A program made the position numbers and the translations under genes. A stretch of 64,000 bases of DNA from Daphnia carinata (taxonomy: Eukaryota), in contig NC_081333.1 of NCBI RefSeq assembly GCF_022539665.2, forward strand, positions 10,478,001 to 10,542,000, in the 5' to 3' direction. A model generated the notes under the pieces. The model worked only from the letters and a program-made list of their open reading frames with translations, did no database searches and had not been told where the DNA came from. This document shows positions 23,701 through 37,400 of the stretch, in pieces (position 1 is the first letter of the stretch; every line of letters starts with the position of its first letter).

Positions 23701-26700
23701 TGAGAAAACCACATCTCGAGATGCGTTTGTAGACATAGCCCAAAGAAGAGCAATTTCTTCGTGAAGAAGTTTACGCTGACCGGACCAAGCTGTAGATGTA
23801 AAATCATTTCCGACTTTCGCATAATTGGCTCTATCGACTCCTTTCAGACAGCTGTTAATTTCAGCATCTAATCCAACGTTTTCAACGTTCAGATGAACTT
23901 CTGGCTGGCTGATCCTCCTGTTATGCTTCCGTTGTGGAGGTAATGAGAGAGGGCGATGCTGAGGGGGACAATAAACGCGGTTTTCTTGCGGAACACATGC
24001 TTGAAAATGAACATATGTGGCTAACAAACTGTTTCTCCCATGTGGATCATTTAAATGATCTAGAATTTCCTGAAGTTAATAATAAATTAGCATCGTGTAA
24101 ATGTTTTTTCATTATGTCACTTACTGTGAATGTGCCAACGATTGCAACAAGGCAATCAAAAGCTACCCCGGCACATTTGAGCAGCTGGCCATTCAAAAGA
24201 GGAGGAGAGACAATGAGTCCAATCAACTTTTCGAGTATCAAAGGGAGAAATTTGACCATTTGTTCGGTTTTTGAATTGTTCAAATCGCCAATGCTGAAGA
24301 TTATAAATCGCGTAGAATAAAGCATTTTTATTAATATTAATTTGTTTTCTAACCTTTGTTTCAAACTGGCTTCCATATTGGCTTCCCCGATATGAGGTAC
24401 AACACGATTCTCTTCCAAGGCAGAACAAATATTTAAAAAACGATCTAGATGGCGATCCTAATGCAAAGCGATTCATGAATGACGCGGAGTACCAATACGT
24501 AGTATAAAGTATATACCAAGGTGTGAATTGACGTAACAGCTTCGATGACAATGTTAAAAATTCCTTTATGGTTGTCTACCCAACGCGTCCCCGGTAACAT
24601 TACTTCAGGGTGAATGTAAAGGTAGTTTGATGGAGGAGGATCCAACATTACTGGAAGAGAGAATTCTCCCGTTTGTAGGCTACCATCTTTAAGCATTGGT
24701 AGCCACTATGATACATTTGTAAAAACAAATATTACTATTATACGACGTGATCCAGATTGATCAATATGATTCTTTGATAAAAAGCTGTGAAATTTTGAAT
24801 GTCTTTATCTTACCGAATATCCAACAATGGTTTCTACAGCCGTTTGCTCAACTTTTCGTTGGCACGAAACATGGTAAAAGGTGAACAGCAGATGATGACA
24901 ATCCTTCAGGTTCGCGGGTAATTTTATTTTTATTTCGTCATAAAAATCAGGGCACCTATAAATGAAGTATTGACATGAATAATTGACATTTTATTAGTTT
25001 TAGACTTTTAATACTTGTTGTGATAAGTGACGGCGGTGAAGTAATCAGAAGAAAATTCGGCACAAGATGATTTACCAAAAATGACAGGCATTGCGTGGGT
25101 TTCTTGTTCTCCACACATAAACTGTATCCTCACAGAAATATTTCGGGCCGATCCTGTTGTTGATCAATGTAATTAATGCAAGTTTTTCAGCCAGAAAGAA
25201 CAATAGTCACCTCTATTCGCGAAGTTCAAATTTTTCGGATAAACATAAAGCAAATTGCGGTATGTGTAAAACGGCGTATAGACCTCTCTTGGTGGAAACT
25301 CTATCAGCTCTTTTGTAGGCCTTATTTTGTCGTCTTCCAATAAGTCGTGTAGTTAATAAAATGAAAAAAAAAAAAAAAATACATGCATAAAATACGTTAG
25401 AAGAAGTCCATCAACAATTGGTAAATTACCAGGATAAGGATGTAGCTTAGCTAACTCTGGAGTCAATGAACATTTGTTTTCTTCAGGACAAGGTGAAACT
25501 TCAAGTTTTAATGTGCCTGGTATGCATTTCAACCTTTTCAATGCATTGTTAGACCTCCGTAGTTCATGAAGATATTTGTACAAATCGTCATCTCTAAGCC
25601 GATCTCCCTCCTATTGAGGCGAGGGAAAAATGCAGAAAGGAAAAGAAACACAAAGCAAATAGGAAGAAGCGGACGAACGGCGGAGGAAAAGCAGTATTAA
25701 TGACTTCACGATAATTCAAGTATTGAATTAACATGGAACTAGAAATTAAAAAACTCCGAACCTGTTTGAAGAAACTGGAGACGGTGAGAGTGACGGGTCG
25801 AAAGTTATCGAGGCTCAGTCCAGCTTCATCTCCTGTGGATGACCAGCTACTTCGTTTATCGTGGGATCCACCGGTGCCGCGTCTTTCCAAAGATCCTCGT
25901 CGAGACCAGGACCCTGATCCTGTGTCAACACCAGTTTTTCTCCGGAATTGATCGAAACTACTTGTGCTATTTTTGCGATCTTTTTTTTTTTGGGTAGAAC
26001 AGACAAATTAACAAACACAATTTCTTTAGTATGACAAAAAAAAGCCTTACCCAAACTGTTCGCTCCCGATGGTGGAACTGCTTCATTCGAATCACGTTCA
26101 TTTGTTTTATCCTTTTCACGATCACTATTCCCAGCTCCATGGAGTATGCTATGTAAATGAATTCCTGTCCAAGCAAAGGGCATCCTGTACCTTCCAAGTC
26201 TTTCGCAGCAAGCTACGGCATTTGCTTTCACCTTTTCTCGGTTCTACGAATCCAAATAGTGTTACAGCTTTACTCCTAGGGCACACAAATTCGTTTTTTC
26301 CCCATTTAATCATACCTTATCATCTTTAATGTATGGTTCGGTACATTCATTTATATCGCCCTGAAGAACTTTTTCAAGCTTGACAACAAGAAATAGATCC
26401 GTTGATGGATATGTTGTACTGAACGTGCAGGAACGACTCAGGGTGCTAACATCCTAGGAAATAACAAAAGTTAATAGCTCGGCTTAAACTCATAATAAAT
26501 GTGGAGAGGTTACTTGGAAAGGGATATGGGTAGCCAACATATGCTTGATAGAATCCGAATTTAAATCAAAATAAAAGTTCTCTGATATTTTTTTCTTCTC
26601 TTTGGCATCGTACAACGCCATAGATGCATAAATTGGTTCAATTTCTAGTTCAAGCCTTTAATAAGAAAATTTTGTTTAAATTTCAGACAATAATAAATAA

Positions 26701-27865
26701 TCTTGTTCTTATTTTGTTTTTTTTATACTGGAGTTGAGTGCATTTCACTAAAATTCGATGTCCCAAATGCTCAATCGGCATATCAGGCTGGCATCGCCGT
26801 TCAATTATATCTTCGTCATCTTGAGGTGGATATAAAGCAAATAATGTATCCTGAGGTTCCAAGACGATAAGCACGCTATTAGTCCACAGAATCAATTCTT
26901 ATATACGAGTCAGAAAAGCGTACCAACTGTAGTTCGGATCTTCGAAGTTTGTTTACATTATCTATTACATCAGGAGCTAAACGGTCTAGTAACCCTGGAA
27001 GTGGAGGATCACTAGCTGTTTGCCGCAGATCAAAAGTTGCCCAGCTACCACGTGGGGTATCCGACACAGAGTTTGAGCTACGAATGGAACTGGCCTGCAG
27101 ATAAACTTAGAAAGTAGAATCTACGAACAGAATCAACTGTAATTTGGATTTCCTATACCTTTGTCGACAAAGAATCTATCAAATTATTCTCATTTTCACA
27201 ATTTAAATTGCCATCATTTTCTCCATCTATTTCAAACTCCTGACGCGGGGTAGACGCCAAAGCATTAAGACGACTAGCTGCTTGACGTGCAAGGCTTCCA
27301 CTGCTGTACTCTTGGTATCTATGTTGAACAATCAGCCATGGTGAAGTATAACAGCGTACACAATCTCTTACATGAGAGTTTAATGTTTCCCTGAAATGAA
27401 TATTTAGCTTAGTTCATATTTTATCACTTTATCTAGAGTTGAACTACAGACAATGGCTCAGGTGGTGTTATTGGTTGTAGTGTCCTCCACGGTCGTGGGA
27501 GCAGATAGATTTGTAGATCATCCAGAGGAAAGCTGAGAACAAGTTTCAACGGATCTGGGTCACTTGCATGTTCATTCATGACATCTTCATAATCCAATGG
27601 TTCAAGTACTTCATTCCATGTGACAGAATGGGCACTCTGTATACTGCCAGCATATGAGACAGTTCGGCTTGTTTGGTAGCCATCACTCATCTGACTAGCT
27701 GATGACATTGCTCTCCGTACTTCCGATGCATGTTGTCTGAAATAGCGTAATGCTTTAAACCTTCTTTGTTGCAAATTGCTTATTTTTATCGATGAATTAC
27801 CTAGGAAGTCTCTGGACAAATGGTCGCTGTCCAATAAGGCTAGACGCTTGTGAAGGTATTGACAT
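17749..27865 (-). CDS. DOCK7: Dedicator of cytokinesis DOCK-C family GEF (DOCK6/7/8; Zizimin-related), many short introns
   Basis: N-terminus [19 protein letters not shown]1/C2 region ([38 protein letters not shown]). DHR2 region ([59 protein letters not shown]). Confidence 0.95.
20590..20626 (+). promoter_or_regulatory. Putative external (type 3) Pol III promoter of the RNase MRP RNA gene
   Basis: TATAAGTA at 20619-20626, about -31 from the predicted 5' end. A PSE is expected just upstream but is not verified. Confidence 0.45.
20650..20897 (+). ncRNA. RMRP: RNase MRP RNA, antisense within a DOCK7 intron
   Basis: CR-I GAAAGTCCCCGG at 20713-20724. P8 GCCA-GAAAG-TGGC (GARAR loop) at 20731-20743. 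CR-IV-like ACAGTAA. CR-V ACACAACGGGGCTCA ending at 20880. P1: TCTTGTC (20651-20657) pairs with GACAAGA (20884-20890). P2: AGCCTTCT pairs with AGAAGGGGCT. Confidence 0.93.
20897..20901 (+). terminator. Pol III oligo-T terminator of the RNase MRP RNA gene
   Basis: TTTTT a few bases after the 3' strand of P1. Confidence 0.7.
21636..21722 (-). CDS. Candidate 87-nt cassette exon of DOCK7 ([29 protein letters not shown])
   Basis: AG acceptor and CAG|GT donor, length divisible by 3, phase 1-1 matching both flanking exons, no stop, GC-richer than the surrounding intron. Confidence 0.6.
22405..22546 (-). ncRNA. Candidate intronic box H/ACA snoRNA or scaRNA, sense to host DOCK7
   Basis: Hairpin 1 (GCGC/GCGC lower stem, GTCTCA/TGAGAC upper stem), then H box ACATTA, then hairpin 2 (AGGTCG/CGCACCT lower stem, GATGAGCTGT../..ACAGTTTTCATT upper stem), then ACA plus 3 nt. 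About 142 nt; upper stems end 14-15 nt from the boxes. Confidence 0.55.
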
Positions 27866-28572
27866 TTTTGGCAGTCAAATCTGTTGCTAACGTTTTAGAA
27901 TTTGATATCCAATTGAAACTACATAGTCAAAAAGAACTTGAAGTATCAGAAGAGCAGGATTTTCAAGCAAATTTTTAAACATGGACTGCAACCAACACAA
28001 GTATTGTTTATCTGTCAGTCGCCAATCTAAATCGGATACTGATTAATAATCGAACGAAATACTTTAAGCATCGATACATGATGGCACCCGATTTCTCCCG
28101 GCTCCCAAGTTTACCTTCCCAATTGCGACGATAATGGGTAAAATTTAGTATGACTATAACACTAACTTAAAGAGGTGTGCATAAGTTTCGCATTTTGAAC
28201 ATCACTTGTACTCGCTCTGCTTGATGAAGAGTCTGCCCTTGGGATTTCGAATTCGAGGCGCCCTTTTTTTTTCTTCTTCTTTCCAATTGGTGTGTTCAAG
28301 CATTTCGCCGTTACTCGTCCCCCGGATTAGGTTTCCATAAGTACCTAGTTATATATGCAATTCGTTTAAATTTTAAATTTCTTTTGGGTTAAAACAAAGA
28401 AATTGACAATTCTTCAAAACCCAGCTATCACATCCAGTAATAATTGACCCAAACTAAAGTCTTCAAGGGAACAATGAGAGTTTAAAAGTAAATATTTTTT
28501 CTCCTATAAAAAGTGTAGAAGACAAAGCAATTGAATTATAGTAATTGTCAACATAAGAGCATTTTATTTAAT

Positions 28573-30095
28573 TTACAAACCGGGAAAGAGCCGTTCGTAT
28601 TTCTCCAAATGAGACTTCGAACATTTGGAGAAGGCGCTTTTTTGAATGACGAGGGGAAAGTCTTTACCACTAAGACATACACGATTCCGAACATCAACAA
28701 TTCGATCCACAAGATTCTTCCAGCAAACGGTGTGGACTTTTTCTGCCGAAGTTGATGATCGCTGGGCTATAAAGGAAGCAAAACAGAAACCTGTCATAAA
28801 TGCGTCGTGACCAGCTCGATGTCCTCTGAAGCGTTCTTGGCGCGGAGAATGGATTGCCGACATAACAGTATTCGCTTCAAAGCTGACAATTTGGCTTTCA
28901 TCCTTTCGTTTACGTTTCTTGGTTTTCTTTTGTTCTTCGAGCAGAGCGGCACGATAGACGTCGTGAGATTTCTTGCAATTCGACGCAGTGTTGCAAAAGC
29001 CATGATTCTGTAGATAACATTTAACAATCAACGTAATTAATAGGGTCATTCGTATACGCCATCCATTACAATGTAATTTAGACAAATTTCCAAATCTTCA
29101 TCACTTTGCAAACGCGGAGAACAATCCCAAACGTCAATAAAATCAGATTCTATTAAGGTATGTTTGCAGACCACATGTGCGCGACTAGAATTCTTCAAAT
29201 TGGTGTTTTTCACCTGGCTATTAAAAGCAGAAAACATATTTGGGTGGCGAACTGTGATAAAAAAATTTTCATATATTATACTCACTGGCTACGGAATATA
29301 TATTCTAAGAACGATGCGCTTGTTCTAAGTGAAAATTCAGCAACGAATTTTGTATCATAGATCCCACTGGGAAACATCATCTCTAAATCCGCAATGAAAG
29401 AAGAAAGTTTCGTCGGCAGATCAGCATAAAGATTTTGGTACAAGAAAACCAAATCTACAAGTCCATTGTGAAGAACTAGAGGAACTTTAGCTGATACCAT
29501 TACAGTAAATAGATCCCTCATGTCCCATGTGTTTTTCTTTGATTTTCCCTAAAGATAATCAAAATTTGTTAGCACAATGAACCATGGATTAATAAAATGA
29601 AATGTAAATTTTTCACCTTGAAGCTGGTATCATTTCCTCTATTATACGGCACACCTTGAGAGTATTGTTTGTGGAAATCAAATCCATGTGTGACAAGAAA
29701 TTGAAGAGCAGATGGTTCAACCAAAAAATCTTCAGCACATAATGCCATAAAATTGAAAGTTTGCACATTAAAATTTAAGGTTTTTTCACACTCTGACAGT
29801 TTAAAGCAACTCAGTCCTAAAGAAATTATTGATCGTGTTTTGGCAACTTCGCTTATGTTTGTATATCGATCATCAACAGCTTGGGAATTTATCAATTTTC
29901 TGCTTCCCAGGCCACTCAATTCCTAAAAAAAGATATATAAGCTGAGAAAATCATTTAACCATAACTAATTTATCCACATACACAGTCAACAGCTATGAAA
30001 GACGCGTTTTGTATTGAACATACAATACTTGGCCAGACAAACTGTAAATTATCCTTATGAACATCAAATACTGACACCATAAAACTTTCCTCCAT
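28573..30095 (-). CDS. TOE1: Target of EGR1 protein 1 (CAF1/DEDD deadenylase with CCCH zinc finger)
   Basis: [70 protein letters not shown], spliced C-x8-C-x5-C-x3-H finger, basic [23 protein letters not shown]. Confidence 0.95.
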
Positions 30096-31420
30096 ATCAA
30101 CGAAAGATTATAATGAAAATTTTTAGGCTAAAAACGTGTGACTGTGAAAAGTTCTTAGAGCAGATCAGGCATACAAAGTTTGAAACAACAATAACGACAG
30201 ACGACGGAAGCCCTCGTTGCCGGACTTTCTCCATATCGAACTTGAAATTTAAAAAAATTTAAATTGTGAAATCTGAAAAAAATTTATTTTGTTTTGCTAT
30301 TAAATATCTCTGAACCCGGTGATATTAAATAAGAACGGACGTCAGGCTGAAAGTACGAACAATTTAAAATTTGTGTACATGCCCAGACGATTGAACACAA
30401 ATTTCTCGATGCTATAATTGCGTTTACACTAATTGAGGAACATTAGAAATAATAAAAAAAAAGATAAATTTGGTGTGCGTAAGGCCTGGATATGCAAAGC
30501 AATCACGAGTACATGTTCCCAAAGCAACGAGGAAGGCAACACGGTGGTTTGTGGGTGTAATCAACTGCACGCCGAGCTTAGTTAGTTGTGGCTAACCGGT
30601 AACTATTGGGCTACAGTAGATTGCGTGGCTAGCGACAGAAGGAACGATATATCGGCAAATGGTAGCCTATTGACTTCGCATGATTCGGTTCCATCACACA
30701 TGTTTCACGGGCTGTCTTAGTCGCTGCCCTGCGGAATATCTTGTGTACTCAGTTTTCCGTCGTCCGTCGATAGTGAAACACAATGTCAATTTTTAGCTGT
30801 CCTATGCTGTCTGGTGGGCTGTATGTTTTACCTTTTTCGACATGTTAAATAATCTCACTGACTATTTGCTGTGTTTGTCCGTGCTCATTAACGTTACACG
30901 AATTATGTGCTACAAACTGCTGGCTAGCGGACTCCATTTTAACGGTCTTTTTGGTGCGACAGAAGTTCGAAACTAAATATTCTTCGTCATTTAACGATGA
31001 TAAAGTCTACTGCAATGTTTCAAATTGTTTCACTCTAGAGATGTGCGGGACGTGGCGCGAGTAATGTCTTTTATACTCACGAGTGGGCCGTACTTGAACA
31101 CCACCTTATTTTACGATAGTTTGAATTTCATTTCCCCGATTTTCCACGCGAAATGTTATAGTTTTAAAAAATCCATTACAAAAACAATCGTTTTTATGCC
31201 AAGTAAATAGAATTATTGTATAAGTCCCCCAAAAAATACATTAGTTCAACGAAAAAGTTGCTCAGCTGTGGAGTGTCGCATCGTAACCTTGACGACGGTT
31301 TGGCATCGATATACCCTGGTCGGTCGGCGATCGAAGAATCCTTCCGGCGCACGCAATTTTGTTATACATTCAAGAAGACTCCAGCAAATCTGACTAGAAC
31401 TAGCCAAAAAACTGCCATTG

Positions 31421-34400
31421 ATGTTGAAGTTGAACCTGTACTCGAAAAACACTGCCCGACAAGGTGATACCCGATCGGGAGTGACGGGTCATGATCGATT
31501 TGGTCATGTGGGAGCCCTCCGCTCTGCCAAAAGCTCCTCCACAAGACCTAGCTTCGCTCCGGTGCCCAAGTGGCGGATCCAGAAAGAAGCCTTGTTGCGC
31601 CAGCAACCGCAAACTGAACGATGGCGACGATTTTCCGGAATAAGAGCCGATGATTACAAGCTTATCACCGATCAGCAAGCGTCATCGTCGAGTAAAAAGC
31701 AAAATGGAAACAATTCAGACAACTCGCAAGGCCAAGGGAACCTAGGATGGTTTTTTGTTGGAATCATTTGGCTACGCAAACTTCTAAAGCATATGCTTAC
31801 TTGTGATAAAGATGTCTGTTCAGACCAATCGGACGAATCGCCGGAATATTTGATCCCTCAGTAAGTTCAATTTTTGGTTATTATAAGCGTCATTAGTTGA
31901 GCCGTGTTATACCACTTTGAAAAGAGGGAGAAGTTCAAACATTAGTTTTTAGAATTAACTATGCTGCGAGGCTCCTTTCCAGTATGTGAAGAGAAAATTC
32001 ATTCACTTAATAAACTACATTGCGGACATAAAATCTGATTAAAAATTCCAAACACTTTTCTTTTTTAACCTAAAAAACTAGAGGATATTTTAAAAGGAGG
32101 ACATGACATATTTCATTTTAAGCTGGTCCTAGATATCGTAAGCCATACATAAGCGGTAGCAGCAAATTCAATCCACGATGTCGAATGCTAAAACAAAATT
32201 TAGCATCTTGAACACTTTGGGCTGGACTGCCCAAAACTTAAAAAAAAATCGATACGTTTAAGCCATGCATACAAAGGATTAGAAATAAGGTTATACCCTA
32301 GAGTACTCTTTGTATTCTGACAAGACAACTCTTTGACACTGTACGAATAGTTTATCCGTGTCCCCAAAAGAACAAAAGGACCATTGCGTAAAATTTTTTA
32401 TTACTTTTTGCCTATATGCAACAAAACGGTGTAAACTTAAGTGCTATTGAAAGGGTGAAGAAAAGACAACTAAACAATAGCTTTAAAACGTTCTGTTCGT
32501 GATTTTTAGGGTTATATTAACGCTGTGCGGGATAATCTTTTTTTCTATAGCGGTAATGTTCAACAAATGACGACAAAAATATTATTATTTAATTAGTTGA
32601 GATGATTTTCACTGTACATTTTTGGCTTCTTATTTTGACGGTGGTTCGTTAATCCAGTTAACGAGGCAACCCAATCGATGGCTGTTAGCCCTATCGGCAA
32701 AGTAGTGGACGATTGATTTGTACAAACAGAGACTTTGGGGCCACAATGCTCTATTTTACACTGTTGAAATTGAACATGGCAAAGCAAGAACTGGTATGTA
32801 CGTTGAAAAAAAAAAAATTTCTACCGGAACACTTTATGCGATTCCGAGCAATTAATTTAGGCTAGCTAAAGATTATCAAGCCATTCAAACTAAGCCATAA
32901 TATATTTTACATTACACATTCCTGCATGATACCATGCGATACAGCGGGATTATCATACATTTTAACAACGTACATCGTTCATCAACTGTCCCGTTTAAGT
33001 TAGAGATTGCTATGGATGAATTCTAACGAGTGCCGAGAAAGCAAACAATATAACCAAATACGCTTGGCTCTTCTTACTATTCGATGAGGCGCTGGTCGCG
33101 GCAAGATCTCGTTAATGGTCTATTAAGTTACAGTAAACAACCTTTTGGCTCCATGACGTGCTAGCCGGTCAATATATTATATACGTGCCGTATATCAGAA
33201 CAAGACACGTCTTATTGACAATGGATTATCTTTCCGGTGATGTTATACAATACTTCAAATGACGTCAAAGGTAAAACGTCCCTCAGTCATCAATAGTCAT
33301 GACACTTATTTTCATTTATAAATTTTGTGTTCGCACCGGTGATTTTTGCGTGGCAAAAACTCTCGATCCGACTCTCGATTGAGTGCTACAGCTAGCGTCA
33401 CACAAATGACAATCGATCAGACACCAAGTTTCACGCGCCACTTCCCAACGAAAACTTCATCGGTTGCTACAGATTTGTTACAAAGAAATTGCATTTGGAA
33501 CTCAATTCAATCAAGCGACAGTCGTTCCTTTATAACTGCAATAACCTCGGAAATTATTTCATGTAAAGAATCTGCGAACAAAAATCCGTTTACTTAATAA
33601 GCTTTACACGCACATATGGTAGCCCCAAGGACACAAAGAAGTCCATTTTTTAAATTTTAAAACGTTACGAATAGTCGATCAATTAAGCAGAACGTCACCT
33701 GCATTCAATGATCGCACTGATTTTTTATTTCAAGTTTAATGTGGCATAGTGACATCCAAACAGCAAACGTCGTACTCTTTTCAACATGATGGTTACCATA
33801 TTGAGGCCGAAGAAGACATAGACGTTACTTGTCCGCCAGACAGTAGTCATTGCACTTCTATGGTGTTACGTCAAACGAAGCCTAATTGAAAACTGTTGTC
33901 CCGAAGGAACAATACGATAATACAAGGTGACAGACAACGGCTGTACAGCTTAAAATTTGTATGCAAATCAATATTTTGCCGACAGCGCAACTGACTTGTA
34001 CATCGACTCTACGTCACATTGCAATTTTTGCACACAATCCTTAAACGAAGTGCTAATGCTAAGTTTGCATACCTGCAGTGCACTACATTGTAGTAGGTAC
34101 ACATTGGAACACAGGGGGAAGAAACATTTCAAGTTTACATTTCTCCCACTTATACGGCCGGACCTGCGCAAGTCATCTGGCTGCAAGTGCACCGTTAGGG
34201 TACTACACCAGCGCAAGGCTGCCCCCGGTTTCAGGCTTTCAGTAATGAACTGGTGTGTCACCTGGCCGGTTCTTCGTGTTGTGTTATTGTACATATATAT
34301 GAAATTAAACTGTTACGTTTCTTAAGACTATTGGCATGTGGTTTAGTGCATCGCAAATTGATTTCCTCATTGACTAGAAGTCGAAAAGTTTAACAAATAT

Positions 34401-37400
34401 TACCTATTTATTTTCGTCGTTCAAGTGGTCGCCTTTGGCCGACCCGCACAATCCGCCCGCAACATGTTTAACATGTATCGAAGGCGTTTTTATAACGCCA
34501 AGGCGGGGGCGATGAATGGAGGTAGTTCCGAAGAGCTCGGCCACGATCGCTTCAATTACATGAATCCCAATGTAAATTACGACAAGTGGCCACGACGGCT
34601 GCGTCCTAAGAAAAATTCCCTCAAAGTGGAACTCGAGGCACCTGAAAGTCCGCACTTGCTCGAACCGGAAGGAGGCAGTCGAGAATTTGCTACGTTAGCA
34701 GAGGGCCACCAACGTCACTGTAACGGATCCCTTCGCGAACATCAACGGTTGCTGAGTTTGCGCTCCAGTCGCCATAAGTGTAGCCCCCGATGCAGAGTTA
34801 AAGTATATCCACGTAGCCTTTTTTATCTCACATTATTGCGTTGATTTTGCATCATTTTAGTTGCCACTGTTGATTATATAACGGGATTCCCTTTCTTATT
34901 GAAATTTTAAATATCGTAAGTCAAATTAGCGAAATAGTTTTTGCATTTCTCTTGACTTTTCATTAATAAATTCGGGCAGTGGTAGCTTAAGAAGATCGTC
35001 GTCCAAAGAAGTCTTACGTTATGTTTGCTCTCCGGAGATGAAAGGATAGTGGTGGAACGTGAAGCAAAATGCGTTGAAGTCAAATTATAATACTCATAAA
35101 TGCTGTATATGAGGAATAATTACGGATTAGTGTTTTGCATATCAAATTCCTCCGTAAACAGGTGCCGCCCATGCGTGCATAGAGCTTGGACGAAAGCTTT
35201 CAGTAGTCAAATGTAAAAGCCTATCATCCGTTTGTTATTGTGAAATATATTATTGTGTGAGCAAGTCTTCGCTGCATACGTTCACCGTCTAGCGAGATCC
35301 TCGTGCGGATTTGCTGGTTTTTAAGATCGGCTTTGTCCCTACTTGTCATAATGAAGGGGAAAAAAAGAGCAGATATTATTATATCGGGAGTCCGCGTTTG
35401 CTTACATCATTGCCCCTTTAAGAGGGTTTTTCATATCCGAAATAACCTTACTTAACTCAATTGGACAACGTTATTCTTGATGCTTTCAAAGGGGAACGTT
35501 CAGTATCTCATTGCATTTTTTTTTTCACAGTAGCCATTTCCGATCTTCCCTTGTTGCGATGCGATTGGATAAAAATAATTATTTAAAAACCAGACAAACA
35601 AATGCGTGTTAACAAGCGCCGTATGTGGGTGTTTTCCCTTGGCATACCGCCATTCTCAATGTCTTTCCAACACCATTTTCGTAACGAGCATTAATAGTGT
35701 GTTAATATTCATGTTACGTTGACGGTCCCACACACTAGAGCCCGAAGTCGTCGTCACAGAATTTGAGTACGGAGGCCTTGGTCAAGGTTTTCGCTTGCCT
35801 AGGAGTTCAAGAGAATGGACCAGCCAGCTGCAACGGCACGTCCCCGGTACTCTCTTCTTCCAGTGGCTGTGTCCTCGAGCGTGAGAAGCTCAGAGGAAAC
35901 CAGCTCAAACGACCAAAGAGGCTCAGCGTCTTCTCCGCATCTCTTTCCTCCATCAGGTAGGCTTATATGCCGAGCATTAGGCAGGCACCAAAAAACCGAC
36001 ACAAATTTAAATATTAAGAAACCATAACAAATAAACAAGCAAGATAACCATACATTTCTTTTTTAAACCGCTAAACGAGTTTGATAACCGTGAGTCCATT
36101 AAAGGGGGATTGGTTGATTGCCAACCTTATTGCCCTTTAGTAATGCGTGGTATAATTTATCCCTCATTGCGTTCCACTTCTCCCGGCTCTATTTGCCACG
36201 TTTACAAACGGGGAGAAAAAGGTTAAAGAGCGAACGTGAAAGGGAAACAAAATCAATACTATACACTGTACATCAACTTTCAGTATCGTGGAAGTTGGCT
36301 TGTCCATCAACGATGCCACCAAAGGGCATTACCTATTGAACATTTTCAATAGCTTGGTTATCATACTGCCAATACCGGAACCCGATCGAAATCGTTACTC
36401 AATTATTTAGCTTCGAATATCTAAAAAAAATTGTTTTGTATATTTGATGCGCCTTTTGAACTTTTCCTGCGTCCCGTCCCTCTTCATTTCCCGACTCTAT
36501 TCCTATTTCACTTTCCGCTACTGAGCAAACTATCATCGATTTACTCACTGGACAAATTTGGGATGAACTTACATGTTGCCTAGTACTCTGAAGCCTTGCT
36601 TGTTTTAATTTTGATTCAATAATTGGAAAGGATTGGAAATAATCCTATCGTGAGAGATTGTGACGCAGAACTTGAAAATACGTCATCAGTAGAATTTTTT
36701 ATCCAGCCGCACGTGTATACATGTATTGGGGGGGGGGGGATGTCGGTTGTACGCTGTTAATCATCACGCACAGCAAACGTCCGTAGTGGATTTCGTGTCG
36801 AAGATGCCTTGGCATCGTACCACTTCATAATTGAACTCCTCTTTGCTCTATAAACTGCCTTTACGGCCAGCAGCCAATGCTGCGTTCCCATGTTACACGT
36901 CTTTGATGACGTTAGAGTAGTCATTACCAATAACGTGATTACAAGTAGGCCGGATCCATATGGGCGTATTGTGTTTTGGATACGAGGCCAATCGATCGCC
37001 TATAGCTTCTTCAGCTTTCTATGTTATTGGCATCGCTCTTTTTTATTTATTTTTTTTTTATCTGATATCTACGGAGTTTACATCGTCATTTTTGCTAAGA
37101 GAAAGAGAACAGTTTAATAAATTGAGGTTATCTTCAAGTTAGCGGTAGCATTAGGCAACTGAAATTTATGTATGCAGTAGCCTATTTTTTTTAATTTACC
37201 ACATGGATTCCCTGAGTGAGGCATTGAGAAACCCTTTCACGATTCATGTATATGTATCACCTGTACCATAATTCTTGAAGCAATGCGGGATGGTTTCGGC
37301 TGGATATTGATGTTGACGCAACCTCTACGCTAACTGTAACGAGATTACACAAAAAACTCCTTCAAAAATCGATTCTTGAATATGGCACTCGTTGTCCTTG

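Noticed and set aside
20650..30095. Functional link between TOE1 (small-RNA trimming) and the nearby ncRNAs
   Set aside because: Proximity in a compact eukaryotic genome is not evidence of a shared system.
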